A stretch of DNA of 64,000 bases from a virus. Lineage: Duplodnaviria; Caudoviricetes. Below are positions 1 to 11,127 of the stretch, one piece after another; position 1 is the first letter of the stretch; every line of letters begins with the position of its first letter. A program made the position numbers and the translations under genes. The stretch lies in the IMG/VR virus record IMGVR_UViG_3300025678_000005; one strand, written 5' to 3'. Under the pieces are notes generated by a model. That model was not told where the DNA came from. It searched no databases and saw only the letters and a program-made list of their open reading frames with translations.

Positions 1-2
1 GG

Positions 3-260
3 TTTGACAACAGAACTGGAGATAAAATTCATCCAACACAGAAACCAGTAAAATTATATGAATGGCTTTTAACCAATTTTGCAACCAAAGGTGATAAAAT
101 TTTAGACACTCACTTTGGAAGCTTATCGATTGGAATAGCCTGTGATATATTAAATTTTGATTTAACAGCAATAGAAATTGATAAAACTTATTATCAAGCA
201 GGAAAGAAAAGATTATTAGATCATAAATCACAATTAAAATTTGATATTGATTGTTTATAA
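3..260 (+). CDS. DNA methyltransferase (N6-A/N4-C), C-terminal part, truncated by window start
   Basis: Not in the ORF track. Frame 3 translates ...KIHPTQKPVKLYEWLL...GDKILDTHFGSLSIGIAC...AIEID..., i.e. HPTQKP plus a SAM-binding motif I; TAA at 258-260. Confidence 0.85.
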   Translation, partial: FDNRTGDKIHPTQKPVKLYEWLLTNFATKGDKILDTHFGSLSIGIACDILNFDLTAIEIDKTYYQAGKKRLLDHKSQLKFDIDCL

Positions 261-286
261 AAATAAAATTAAATAAAATAAAAATT

Positions 287-580
287 ATGTTACATGTACA
301 ACAATACATAACTTTTTGGAAGACTAAAAAAGCATGTAAATTTTTGGGATTGCTCGACAAAGACGGATTTGCCTTTTTGCCTGAAGCTGAAATAATTAAT
401 TATATTGGACATTATACTCTTAATAATGTAACTATTCCTGTTAACACGTATCATTATAAAATGGGAAAATTTCAGGGTGATGATCCGTTTTTATCTTCGA
501 TAAATTGGTATAATATATTATTAGCCCACAAAACAGCGAAACAAAATAAAAAAAATAAAAAATTGTTAAATATAAATTAA
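287..580 (+). CDS. hypothetical protein
   Basis: ORF track; likely ATG at 287. Confidence 0.5.
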   Translation: MLHVQQYITFWKTKKACKFLGLLDKDGFAFLPEAEIINYIGHYTLNNVTIPVNTYHYKMGKFQGDDPFLSSINWYNILLAHKTAKQNKKNKKLLNIN

Positions 581-592
581 AAATTAATTATT

Positions 593-808
593 ATGGAAAC
601 ATTCATGCTTATCTTATTATTTATTATTTCTTTATTATTGGGTATTTTAAATTTAAAGCAACGTGCTCATATAGATGATTTAAAATCTGAGAATCAGGAA
701 CTAAGAAATGAAAATAAGAATTTAATGGACAACATTCGTTCTTTATGTGAACAAAACAAAGCAACGTCTGATAAAAAGAAAACTAAAACAACAAAGAAAA
801 GTGAATAA
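593..808 (+). CDS. small membrane-anchored coiled-coil protein
   Basis: N-terminal hydrophobic helix followed by a heptad-rich charged region. Confidence 0.55.
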   Translation: METFMLILLFIISLLLGILNLKQRAHIDDLKSENQELRNENKNLMDNIRSLCEQNKATSDKKKTKTTKKSE

Positions 809-817
809 ATTTATAAC

Positions 818-852
818 AATCCATAGCTATTAATTAATGGTAGCTATGGATT
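818..852 (+). terminator. intergenic stem-loop (terminator or RNA processing/stability element)
   Basis: AATCCATAGCTA...TAGCTATGGATT perfect 12-bp inverted repeat; no strong U-tract. Confidence 0.5.
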
Positions 853-870
853 ATCTAAAAATTTTATATT

Positions 871-1155
871 ATGGATATAACCAAAACATTTGAAGAAATG
901 GTGCTTAAATTTCAAAATGAAATTAATGCATTTATAAATGATAATAAACAAGAAGATTTACAAAAAGATGATGTTTCTATTATCATGTTAGCTTCTTGTA
1001 AAAAAAGCCAACTTTATTCTATTTTACTTGGAGATGAAATTAATTTAGTAAAAATGTTATTAAATGCAACATCAAACAGTGATGGATGGTCATCTATTAT
1101 AGTTGATACATATACTGTTATACAAAGATTGTCACAAAAAAATGAAAATATATAA
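871..1155 (+). CDS. hypothetical protein
   Basis: ORF track, A/T-rich leader. Confidence 0.55.
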   Translation: MDITKTFEEMVLKFQNEINAFINDNKQEDLQKDDVSIIMLASCKKSQLYSILLGDEINLVKMLLNATSNSDGWSSIIVDTYTVIQRLSQKNENI

Positions 1156-1385
1156 TAATATATATAAAAAAATATCATGGAATCTTAAATCCATGATGGC
1201 AATTTCTTTTATAAATATAGAATGGAACAAATATAATGGATTTGTCTTTCAAATAGGATATATTTGCTCCAATAAAATAGATGGATCTTTTTTCAGCATT
1301 AATTTTTCTAAAAGATTTTTATATATAGAAATTTTTTGGAAAGAATATAAGATTTATGAAAATTTTATAACTTAACGACAATAAT

Positions 1386-1709
1386 ATGAAAAAGCATATA
1401 AATTTTTATGATTTTGCTGAATCCTTTTATAGAATGAAAAGATATAATTTTTCGTATGAAGGATTGGAAGCACTGTTTAATTACTTTGAAGATTTAGAAG
1501 ATAGTTTAGAAATTGAAATAGAATTTGATGTAATAGGTATTTGTTGTAATTATACAGAATATGAAAATTTAGATGAATTTAAAAAAGACTTTACAGATGA
1601 AAAATTTATAGATTTAGAATCTATACAAAATGAAACAAATGTCATTTGTATTGATTCAGAAGAAGAAATAAATCAAAATAAAGGTAGATTTATTATAGAA
1701 AACTTTTAA
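1386..1709 (+). CDS. acidic phage hypothetical protein
   Basis: ORF with NFSYEGLEALFNY..EFDVIGICC.Y.EY, a pattern I recognise from phage early proteins. Confidence 0.6.
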   Translation: MKKHINFYDFAESFYRMKRYNFSYEGLEALFNYFEDLEDSLEIEIEFDVIGICCNYTEYENLDEFKKDFTDEKFIDLESIQNETNVICIDSEEEINQNKGRFIIENF

Positions 1710-1746
1710 ATTATTAATAGTATTAATTGATAAAATAAAATAAAAA

Positions 1747-2253
1747 ATGTCAAATATATGTAAAAATGAATTTGTTGTTTCTGGAAAAAAGAAAACAATT
1801 TTAAAATTTTTATCTGACGGAATGAAAGTTGAATCTGTTTCAAAAGATTTAAATGAGTTGAAAATACTTTTTAATGGGAAAAAAGTTACCTTAGATTCCT
1901 ATATTCCAATGCCAGAAGATTTAAAAGATATATCTGATAAAAATATGTTAGAATTAATAAAAAAATATGGTTATAGTAACGAATATTTGTGGAGAATGAA
2001 GAATTATGATACTCTGAATAGTGTTATTAATTTAAAAGAAATCGAAGATAATAAATCAACTATAACACTCTATATGGTTATTTATACTTCATGGCAACCA
2101 CCAATTTCATGGTTAAAAAAGGTACAAAAAAAATATAAATCCTTAAAATTTTATATGGAATTTGAAGAGCCTAATATGGAATTAAAAGGCTTTTGTAAAA
2201 CATCTGTAATTAATCCTGTTCAGCTAATTACTCATTATTGTAATAAGATTTAA
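1747..2253 (+). CDS. DUF1281/YubB ferredoxin-like phage protein
   Basis: MSN.C.N start, W..NY.T and TSWQPP...F.E pattern typical of this family. Confidence 0.55.
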   Translation: MSNICKNEFVVSGKKKTILKFLSDGMKVESVSKDLNELKILFNGKKVTLDSYIPMPEDLKDISDKNMLELIKKYGYSNEYLWRMKNYDTLNSVINLKEIEDNKSTITLYMVIYTSWQPPISWLKKVQKKYKSLKFYMEFEEPNMELKGFCKTSVINPVQLITHYCNKI

Positions 2254-2257
2254 AAAT

Positions 2258-2488
2258 ATGGATGATAAAATAAAAGGAAATATTAGAAGGTTAAATAGGC
2301 TTATTAAAGTATTTCAAGATTGTGATTTCTATTTTGTTGGAGCTGCGAGTTTTGAAGTACGCATGCAAGCTAAATTTGATCCAAAGATTGTTAAAATAGC
2401 ACTAAAGAATAAATTTACCGTGAGTGCAAGTAAAGAGCTGGGTTTTATAGAATTAATAAGAGATAATTATACAATTACATTAATTTAA
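2258..2488 (+). CDS. hypothetical protein, paralog of 8565-8774
   Basis: Shared N(I/L)RRL..L......FY and G(F/Y)IE.I....(T/Q)(I/V)T pattern. Confidence 0.55.
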   Translation: MDDKIKGNIRRLNRLIKVFQDCDFYFVGAASFEVRMQAKFDPKIVKIALKNKFTVSASKELGFIELIRDNYTITLI

Positions 2489-2765
2489 TTAAATATGATA
2501 ACTGTAACAATAAATAACGATGAAAATTCACATGTATTAAATCTTTTCTTTAAGAGAAAAGAAGAAAATACCCTATCTTTTTCTGTATCTGCTTCCAGTG
2601 AATTAACTGAATATCTTGAAAAAATTAGAGATGGTGGAGAAATGGAAGATCAAATAGAAGATACTATAATAATGGCTATTCTAAACGCTTTAAATGAAAA
2701 ATTTCTTATTGTAGAAGCTGTATTAGGAAAAAAAGAATAATATTATAACAAATAAAAAAAACATT

Positions 2766-3143
2766 ATGAAAAGGTTAATATTTAGTTTTTGTATATTTTT
2801 AACAAGTATTTGTGCTTTTAGCCAAGCGAATAATTTCGTTGCAACAAAGGCAATGGTTATAACAGAAAATAATACTTTTTCCTTACCAATTGAACTTTAT
2901 ATTTCTTGGGATATAGATAATAATATCTGTATAATTCGTTCCAAAGAACAACAATTAATAAAATATAAAATAGTTGAATATAAAGAAGATGATAAATTTT
3001 ATATTTTCAATTGTACTGCATTAGATAAAAATAATAAAGACATTCTTTTTGTTATAAATATGCCAAAAAAAGAAGATTATTTTTATTTTAGTGTGGCATA
3101 TGATGATGTTATATATATTTATGAGTGTAAATTAATAAATTAA
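2766..3143 (+). CDS. secreted/periplasmic hypothetical protein
   Basis: Bacteroidota-type signal peptide MKRLIFSFCIFLTSICAFSQ. Confidence 0.6.
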   Translation: MKRLIFSFCIFLTSICAFSQANNFVATKAMVITENNTFSLPIELYISWDIDNNICIIRSKEQQLIKYKIVEYKEDDKFYIFNCTALDKNNKDILFVINMPKKEDYFYFSVAYDDVIYIYECKLIN

Positions 3144-3146
3144 TTT

Positions 3147-3749
3147 ATGGACAGAATCTATAAACTAACAAATAATTCAATTACTTTTGATGAACATGTT
3201 TTAAAACAAGTAGAATATATAGATTCCTCTTTATCAACAAATAAAAAACTTGGTGGTTATATTGAAACAATAGAAAACTTAACAGGCAACGCTTTAATAG
3301 AAGAAAGAGTAAAAGTATATAACCAATCTTTAGTTACTGATAAGGCATATATTTCTGGAGGTTGTATTATAAGAAATAATGCATCTGTTCGTGATAGGGC
3401 GGTAATATATGGTAATCTTATAACAATTGAAAATAGTGCTTGTGTTTGTGAAAATGCTTTAATACGAGGAAATGATATTATTATAAGTAATCATGTATAT
3501 CTTGGTTATGGTGCTTGTATAGGTAATGGTGCTAGAATTTTAAGCCCAGAGGACTGTATTGTGCTTTTAGTATCAGACTTTGGTCCAATAACAATTTATT
3601 GTACTACAGAAGATTATCATATTAGTCTTAGTTATATGGATTATTCTATAAAAAATTTTTTAAACATAAATGATGATGAAATAATCACTCCTAAAACTAA
3701 AAAAATAATAGAAAATATAATAAGAACCCTATCAAGAGACAAAACATGA
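3147..3749 (+). CDS. left-handed beta-helix (hexapeptide repeat) protein
   Basis: LGGYIE...NL followed by repeated NA.(I/V).. hexapeptides; ends in TGA overlapping the next ATG. Confidence 0.65.
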   Translation: MDRIYKLTNNSITFDEHVLKQVEYIDSSLSTNKKLGGYIETIENLTGNALIEERVKVYNQSLVTDKAYISGGCIIRNNASVRDRAVIYGNLITIENSACVCENALIRGNDIIISNHVYLGYGACIGNGARILSPEDCIVLLVSDFGPITIYCTTEDYHISLSYMDYSIKNFLNINDDEIITPKTKKIIENIIRTLSRDKT

Positions 3750-3992
3750 GTACAATTTTATATGCAATTATTATTTTATTACTTCTAATCTTTTTATTCT
3801 TCTTAATGTTAAATAGCACATTTATTTGGAGCTTAATTTGTTTCATTAAATTACATATAATATATACAAGTTTAAAAAGAGAAAACAGTAAAAAATTAAA
3901 AAACTACAAAAATTTTGATGCTTTTGCAGATTATTACTTAACTTACATTTATCCAAATTTTCCAAAGAAATTAAATTTTTAATAATACAATT

Positions 3993-4298
3993 ATGGAAAG
4001 AAGAATATTTATTACTTATTACAGGAAACCCTGTAAAGATAAAACTAAAAAGGGAGCTCCACGTGGAGTTGTAGTTGCAACAGAAAAGGGAATTATCGGA
4101 TGGTCATTATGTGGAAAACGCGATGTCTTTGATAAAAAACTGGGTTTAACAATTGCATTACAAAGAGCTGAAAAAGCAGAAAAACTTTCTAAAAAAGAAA
4201 GAGAGGAATTTTATTCTAGAGTTCCAAATTCTTTAAAAGAAAAATTTAATTGGTTATTAGTAAAATCACATCAAATAATATGGAAAAATATGAAGTAG
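3993..4298 (+). CDS. hypothetical phage protein
   Basis: GWSLC..D.FDK..G..IA..RA pattern. Confidence 0.55.
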   Translation: MERRIFITYYRKPCKDKTKKGAPRGVVVATEKGIIGWSLCGKRDVFDKKLGLTIALQRAEKAEKLSKKEREEFYSRVPNSLKEKFNWLLVKSHQIIWKNMK

Positions 4299-4536
4299 GC
4301 TATATTCAAGAATATCCTGTTTATTTTATTAAAGAAAAAAATATGCTGTATTGTAAAGATGTAACAATACCATATGATAAAATAAGGGATGCGCTATTTA
4401 AATCTTCTTTGGACAGAGTTCATATAAAAAGTGATATAACTGTAATTAAAAACAATAGTCTAATTACTATAGGCTGTCTAAATACAACAATTGAAAATTT
4501 AACAAATATTAATAAAAACATAAAAAAAATTAAAAC

Positions 4537-6366
4537 ATGTCAAAAGTATTATTAAAGAACAGAATCAGTAAATATGAAGAAGCTCAGAAAGCAAAGTTAG
4601 TTGAATTAGGTTTAAGTAAAAAATCTTATTCTGCAATATTAAGTTATTTGAAGGATGAGATTGAAAAATCTACTACTATTTGTACATTTAACTATGAAAT
4701 ATTTTGCTTTAAAAATGATGGTGTTTATCAATTAAACAAGGCAATAGAAGAAATATATGGTGTTGCAAGTGGTAAAAAAGATGCCAATCCATCTGGTGGA
4801 ACTTCTAAATTAAAAACAATAGATGTTCAATTATTTGATGGTACTAGATTAAAAGTTCCTTATGGAAAAATTTCTCTTGCAGAAGCAGGTGAAGGAGCTA
4901 ATATTGATATTAGTTATGATACAGAAAGAAACATGCTTATGTTAACTGGATCATGTGAATATAGATTTGCTCCGATGATTGACGATATTGTAGAAAGAAC
5001 AAAAGAATTATTAAATACTAATTCAATCTATAGAAATCAAGCGTTAGAAATAACTACATTGGATGAAGAACCAAAAGTAATTGATCTCTCTAATATTGAT
5101 AAAGAATTTCTTATTCTTTCTGATGATGTAAAATATTCTTTAACTCCATTAGATGCAAGAATTCAACGTACTGATATTTGTAGAAAAAAGGGCATTTCTT
5201 TAAAATATGGAGCCCTTTTAGAAGGAGCATATGGTTGGTTCATTTAATTAAATTTAATTATTGTAAATATCAGAGTATATTTCAAATAATTTTGTTATCT
5301 TTGTACGTGATATTAAATTAAATGAACTTGCCTCTATATAAAGTAATTTATATAGGAAATCATGTGAATTGCTGGAACTTCCTTAGAGTCTTATAAACTA
5401 CAACATAACTAGCAATAGTAAGTGTGAATGTTTAAAAATTATAAGAATTGGAAAATCAGCAGCCAAGTATCCTGATAAAGGATAAAGGTTCAACGACTAT
5501 GGGTGAAACTCTCAGTACAATCAAGTGATTGGAAGTGCATGACATCTAAGTAATTAGATGAAGATATAGTCTGGACTGTATAGAAATATACAGAAGTTTA
5601 TAGAAAAACTGCATAAGATTAACGACCTTATGTGAACAATACGACAGGAAAAACTCTTCTTGCATTTAAAAAGGCAAAAGAAGCTATTGAGAATGGTTGG
5701 ATATTTATTTATTTAAAAGATCCAACTTTATTGTCTAAGGTTCTTCGTTTGGCTAAAGTAATTGATAAAAATGGTAAAGGTGTTCTTATCTTTGTTGAAG
5801 ATATTGATCAAGTAACAAGAGGTTCAAGAAATGCCGCTTTACAAGACATTTTAAATACTCTTGATGGAGGAGATACTAAAGATATGAATGTAATTACTAT
5901 TTTTACAACTAATCATCTTGAATTAATTGAGCCTACTTTTTTAAGAGGTAAACGTATAGGATCAATTATATCTTTAGGTTTTCTAAATAAAAAGACAGCA
6001 AAAGAATTTATGGAAACTGCTTTCTTAAAAGATAATTATGTTATAGAATACGAAGGATTGGATCCAGTGTTGGATTTAATTGCAGAAAGTGATATTGCAC
6101 CTGCTTTTATGGCTGAAATAGTTGAAACTATAAAATCAAATTTAATTTTAACTGATGAAAATGTTGTAAAACCAGAATATATCAGAAGCAGTGTATTATC
6201 TTATCTAAGACAAGTACAATTATCAAGAAAGAAAGATACCACAGAAACAGTAGAAAATAAATTCTATAATGCATATTTGAACTTAATAGAGCAAGGAGCA
6301 CATAAAGCAGTTAAAGAACCTTTCGATGAAGTTCTTAATGCAATTGATGATATTGATAATAATTAA
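4537..6366 (+). CDS. AAA+ ATPase split by a group I intron (exons 4537-5235 and 5644-6366)
   Basis: Splicing restores Walker A LLEGAYG|TGKT; exon 2 has Walker B IFVEDID, TTN sensor 1 and the FLRGKR SRH. Confidence 0.9.
5236..5643 (+). ncRNA. group I self-splicing intron (408 nt, no HEG ORF)
   Basis: Core elements: P AATTGCTGGAA 5367, Q AATCAGCAG 5454, R GTTCAACGACTA 5488, S AAGATATAGTC 5561. The 5' exon ends in U, the intron ends in G, and the join is in frame. Confidence 0.92.
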
Positions 6367-6374
6367 TAACAAAT

Positions 6375-6406
6375 AGGTTGTAGTAATGCAAATTACTACA
6401 ACCTTT
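6375..6406 (+). terminator. stem-loop after the AAA ATPase gene
   Basis: AGGTTGTAGTAAT-gcaa-ATTACTACAACCT perfect 13-bp stem, short T run. Confidence 0.6.
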
Positions 6407-6416
6407 ATTCTAAAAA

Positions 6417-7100
6417 ATGATGAAAACAAAAATATTAGCAACTAGTGATTTACATGGATTTTTACCACAAATTAAACAAAGAGCACACATTCTCCTTATA
6501 GCTGGAGATATAAGTCCATTATATATACAAGAAGATAGATTAAAGATGAAGAATTGGTTGTCTGATACATTTATTCCATGGACAAAAACAGTTCCTGTAG
6601 ATAAAATAGTTTTAATTGCTGGAAATCATGATTTTTTCTTCATGGATACACCAAAACATGAGATATTAACTTTATTTAAACCTATTAATAAAATCATGTA
6701 TTTGGATAATGAAGCTGCTCCATGTTATGTAAATAATACCAAATTAATGATTTATGGAACACCCTATTGTCATAAATATGGATTATGGGCATTTATGGAA
6801 TCTGATGATAAGTTAAAAGAGTTATATAATAATATACCGAAAAATGTAGATATAATAATTTCTCATGATGCTCCACATTCATTTGGAGATACCGATGTTC
6901 TTTTAGAATATGGTCAAACTGATCATTTAGGAAATAAACCTTTAGCAGATAAATTGTTACAAACAGACTATAAATTAGCTGTTTGTGGCCATATACATTC
7001 TGGTGATCATTCTTTTAATGAAACTTTTAAAATAGCAAATGTTTCATACTTAAATGAATATTATAAACCAGCATATCCAATTTTTAACTTTGATTTATAA
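6417..7100 (+). CDS. calcineurin-like metallophosphoesterase
   Basis: SDLHG, AGD, GNHD, SH and CGHIH motifs. Confidence 0.9.
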   Translation: MMKTKILATSDLHGFLPQIKQRAHILLIAGDISPLYIQEDRLKMKNWLSDTFIPWTKTVPVDKIVLIAGNHDFFFMDTPKHEILTLFKPINKIMYLDNEAAPCYVNNTKLMIYGTPYCHKYGLWAFMESDDKLKELYNNIPKNVDIIISHDAPHSFGDTDVLLEYGQTDHLGNKPLADKLLQTDYKLAVCGHIHSGDHSFNETFKIANVSYLNEYYKPAYPIFNFDL

Positions 7101-7669
7101 ACAAACAATTAATAAAAAAGATTGTGGCAACTTTAACTAATAGACAAATTAATGCTTTAGTAGATAAAATTATATATTCTATTGAAAATCCTATAATACA
7201 GCATAATAAAAAAATTAAAGACAGTGAATCATATAAAAATTTCATACATAAAAATGGAGATTGTAAAAAAATTATAGAAATTGGTAAAAAATGGGGATTA
7301 GAAGAAGATTCTTGGTTAATACAGGATTTTTGTGAACACATTAGAGATGTAGCATTTAAACAACATTTTATCCCAATTCCACCTTTACATAGAAAGATGA
7401 TTGAAAATGATATAATTATAGAAACAATGGATGGTATTTATTGGAGCATTTACAAACTACACGGAAGCTCTTGCATATAAGGATTTGATAAAAATTAATA
7501 TTAACCAAATTCTTAATGAAACTGAATATATAGATACTTTAGATATTATATCTATTAGCGATGAAGAATATTTAAAATATTTAGAAGATAATAGAAAAAG
7601 AGAAGATGCTTTGGATTATGTAGACACTTATATAAACGAATATGTACTAAATAAGTTATACTTTTAATT

Positions 7670-7998
7670 ATGAAAAAATATAACTTACTTTAAAAGATTT
7701 AAATCATCAAATCCTTATAGTATCTGATAATAATGAATTTAAGGATATTTGGGATGAAGTAAATGGATTATACTCTACATCTGATACTAATATCTCTGAA
7801 TTTGAAAAGGGAAAAGTAATTCCAAAAGGATTTCTTAATAAATATAATTTTAAGAAATTTTATCCTAAAGATTCATGGTTTCGATATTATATATTAGAAA
7901 TAAAGAAATTAGGATTATCTTCTTTACGAGGTAGAGTAACAAAACAAACAAGTAATGAAATTGATTTACAGTTAAAAGAGTTACGAAATGAATATTAA
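7670..7998 (+). pseudogene. frameshifted hypothetical gene
   Basis: ATG AAA AAA TAT stops within a few codons; an alternative frame stays open for about 100 codons (LTLKDLNHQILIVSD...RNEY*). Confidence 0.55.
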
Positions 7999-8016
7999 TT
8001 TTTTATATTAAGAAAT

Positions 8017-8563
8017 ATAAAAAAATATAGATTAATAAATCCATATGGAGTATTTGTAGGTACTTTTATTACTAAATTAGAGGCTGCAATTGAGGTGGAT
8101 AAATTAATAAAATCTATGCAAGATTCTTATAAAGAAACAAAAGAAGATATATGTACTCCATTTGATTTTACAGTAAAAGAAATTAAATTGGATATTCCAT
8201 ACATAATTTGTTCTTATGAAGAAGCAACAAAATATTTAGATAAGGATCTTATTATAGACTAGTCAGAGCCTTATAATGCTCCTATCAATGAGATAAAGGT
8301 TACAGCTTATAATAAATTACTTACTATTGCAGAAGCATGGAATAAAGCTGATAAATTTAATCCTGATTATTATAATTATCAAGATAAATTTTATCCAGTT
8401 TTTAAATATAATTTTGATGTAAAACAATATATATTATACAAGGCAGAATGTGAAATATTTCCATATGGATTACACTTTTGTTTTTAAACGGAAAAAAGAT
8501 CATTACAATTTGGACTTCAATTTCTAAAATATTGGAATGAATTTTTATTACAAAATAAAATAA
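8017..8563 (+). pseudogene. degraded hypothetical gene
   Basis: Coding-like frame (KKYRLINPYGVFVGTF...AYNKLLTIAEAWNKAD...GLHFCF*TEKRSLQFGLQF..YWNEF) with no ATG, an internal TAG, a frameshift and a TAA. Confidence 0.6.
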
Positions 8564-8791
8564 TATGAATGACAATTTAAGAAGATTAAGATTATTAAGT
8601 AGAAAATATGATTTATCTATTTTTTATGTTATAAATATATTTAGAGGTAATATATATTTTCAAGTTGACCATTCTCTAGAGTTAGCTTCACAACTTAAGA
8701 AATTTAAATGTGAATGTAAAGTACAGGATAGTGGTTATATTGAATACATTAAGGGAATATATCAAGTTACTTAAACATAAGTTATATCTAG

Positions 8792-9112
8792 ATGAAAGCA
8801 TATAAATTAGTTAGAAAAATGAAAGACGGTTCTTTATCTCCGTTATTTATTAATAAAAGATATAGATTTAAAATTGGAGATTGGATAGAAGCAGAATATT
8901 TTCCAACTAAAGGGTTTGCCTGTAGAAAAGGATTTCATTGTACTTTTAAACCTGTAGCTCCACATTTATCAAAAAATAATAGAGTCTGGGTAGAAGTAGA
9001 GATACAAGATTATGAAACTTATAAAAGACCAGAAAATCAAGGTGGTTTATGGTGCTTAGCACAAAAAATGAAAATAATAAGAGAATTAGAAATTAATAAC
9101 AACATAAATTAA
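8792..9112 (+). CDS. conserved phage hypothetical protein
   Basis: KAYKL.R...DG.L.PLFI, GFA.R.GFHC...P.APHL, RVWVEVE and QGG.W motifs. Confidence 0.65.
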   Translation: MKAYKLVRKMKDGSLSPLFINKRYRFKIGDWIEAEYFPTKGFACRKGFHCTFKPVAPHLSKNNRVWVEVEIQDYETYKRPENQGGLWCLAQKMKIIRELEINNNIN

Positions 9113-9140
9113 TTATTTGTATAATATATTAAAATTTAAT

Positions 9141-9695
9141 ATGATAAGAACAATTGTTGAGGAAAGTCAAAGAAATATAGCTATAATGGATGTTTTCTCA
9201 AAATTAATACAGGAAAGAATTATTTTTATAGATTCAACTATCGATTCTGAATTAGCTAATGGAGTAATTGCTCAAATGTTATATTTAGATTCATTAAGTC
9301 ATGAAGAACCTATCAGTGTTTATATAAATTCTGATGGCGGGTCTGTATATGATGGATTGGCTATTTACGATACTTCTGAAATTATTAAATGTCCAATAAA
9401 AACATTTTGTGTTGGATTAGCAGCTTCTATGGGTGCTATATTAATGTTGATGGGAAAAGAACGTTATGCAACAAAGAGGTCTCGTTTAATGTTACATCAA
9501 GTATCAGGAGGTGTGATAGGAACTGCAGAGGAAATTCGTATTACAAATGAGGAAACTCAAAAAGTAGAAAAAACTTTATATGATATTATAGAATCAAAAA
9601 CTAAATTAACAAAAGTTAATAAATTATTAAAAAATGATACATGGTTTTCGGCAGAAGAAGCTTTAAAGGTTGGGTTAATAACAGATATTCTATAA
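9141..9695 (+). CDS. clpP: ATP-dependent Clp protease proteolytic subunit
   Basis: RIIF, YINS.GG.V..GLAIYD, G.AASMG (catalytic Ser), MLHQ (His) and DTWFSAEEA..GLI motifs. Confidence 0.92.
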   Translation: MIRTIVEESQRNIAIMDVFSKLIQERIIFIDSTIDSELANGVIAQMLYLDSLSHEEPISVYINSDGGSVYDGLAIYDTSEIIKCPIKTFCVGLAASMGAILMLMGKERYATKRSRLMLHQVSGGVIGTAEEIRITNEETQKVEKTLYDIIESKTKLTKVNKLLKNDTWFSAEEALKVGLITDIL

Positions 9696-10134
9696 CAAAA
9701 CTAGAAAAAAATATTATTGCTTTACAAAAAGAAATTTTCGAGAAAATTCGTTATATAAATTCTGGTGGATGCATACATTTTGCTTATTATATGGCAAAAA
9801 AACTAGAGAAGTTGAACATTCCTTATAATATAATATTTATAGATATGACATCTATAGTGACGAATCTAGACTGCTTTAAAGCTGTAGATCATGTTGTTGT
9901 ATATGTAAAAGGAATTGGTTTTTTCGATGGAACAGTTTTATGGAAAAATAAATCAGAATTTATTGCACGATATGACGGTTATTATATTACAACAGTATCA
10001 AATATTAGATCAGATGATTTAAAGGTTTTAACTGACTATAATTTTGGTTGGAATAAATTGTATAAGATAGAAAATAATATTTTATTAGAACAGTTAATAG
10101 ATAAGCATTTAAAATAAATTTAAATTATTATAAG

Positions 10135-10635
10135 ATGAATAGAAAACTTGAATTAGTTTCCGAAACGATTGGAGAATTATTAGTAAAACAACTAGCACAT
10201 GAATTAAAAAATTATAATTTGTATATGAGTTTTGCTAATTATTTTGGAGTTGAAGGAATAGATGATTTAAAAATTTATTATGAAAAAAGAGCCAATGAAG
10301 AATTAAATCATCATAAATGGATTTATGATTATTTAACAGAGGCAGATTATAAATTTATATATCCTGTAGTTATACAGAATGACGCACAAATAGAAGATTA
10401 TATAACTCCATTCAAAGCTACTATAGATAGAGAAATTCAAACAACACAGCTTATTTATACTATTTATAAAGCTGCACAAACTGAAGGAGATATAATGACT
10501 GTAGTATGGCTTGAAAACTTATTAATAAGAGAGCAAATTGAAGAAGAAAATATAAGTAGACAAGCCCTAACAATCATAGAAGAAGAATCAGATATATATG
10601 AAAGAGCAGAACAAATTTTAAATTTATTAGAATAA
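10135..10635 (+). CDS. ferritin-like protein
   Basis: HE...LY, EE..H, E and EQIEEE ferroxidase-type residues. Confidence 0.85.
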   Translation: MNRKLELVSETIGELLVKQLAHELKNYNLYMSFANYFGVEGIDDLKIYYEKRANEELNHHKWIYDYLTEADYKFIYPVVIQNDAQIEDYITPFKATIDREIQTTQLIYTIYKAAQTEGDIMTVVWLENLLIREQIEEENISRQALTIIEEESDIYERAEQILNLLE

Positions 10636-11127
10636 TGTATGCAATATTTAATAAAAACGGTGATCTATTAGATGTAACTGATTTTGAATCTCAGGATGAA
10701 ATTGATGAATATTTGCAAAAAAATCCAGAACATATAATTAGATCAGATGAAGATCTGCTATTCTTAAAAAACAATTCATACTTTGAAGATGGTGATTTGT
10801 TTTATGATGATGATCTTTAAACCTAATGACTGAAAGTATTAAGGAAGTAAAATTAATAGCAAAAAGAGATGATACTTACACTGTCTATGTTTTTCAAGAT
10901 ATATACACAAAAGAATATATTATGTGTACAAGGTTGCCTGATTGGCAGACTCCTGAAGTTGACATAGGCAGTGTTGGGTATCTAAAATATGTAGATGTGA
11001 TGGCTGGAGAACAATATGTTACATCATCATTAGAAACCTTTTATTATAGGTTTACTAATTGTTATTTCATAGATTTTTTGCATAAAATAGATAATGATGA
11101 ACATGTAAAAATAATAATATAGGTAAG

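Noticed and set aside
8260-8262. TAG-to-Gln recoding
   Set aside because: This is a single TAG in a gene that also has a frameshift and a TAA, and TAG ends several intact genes.
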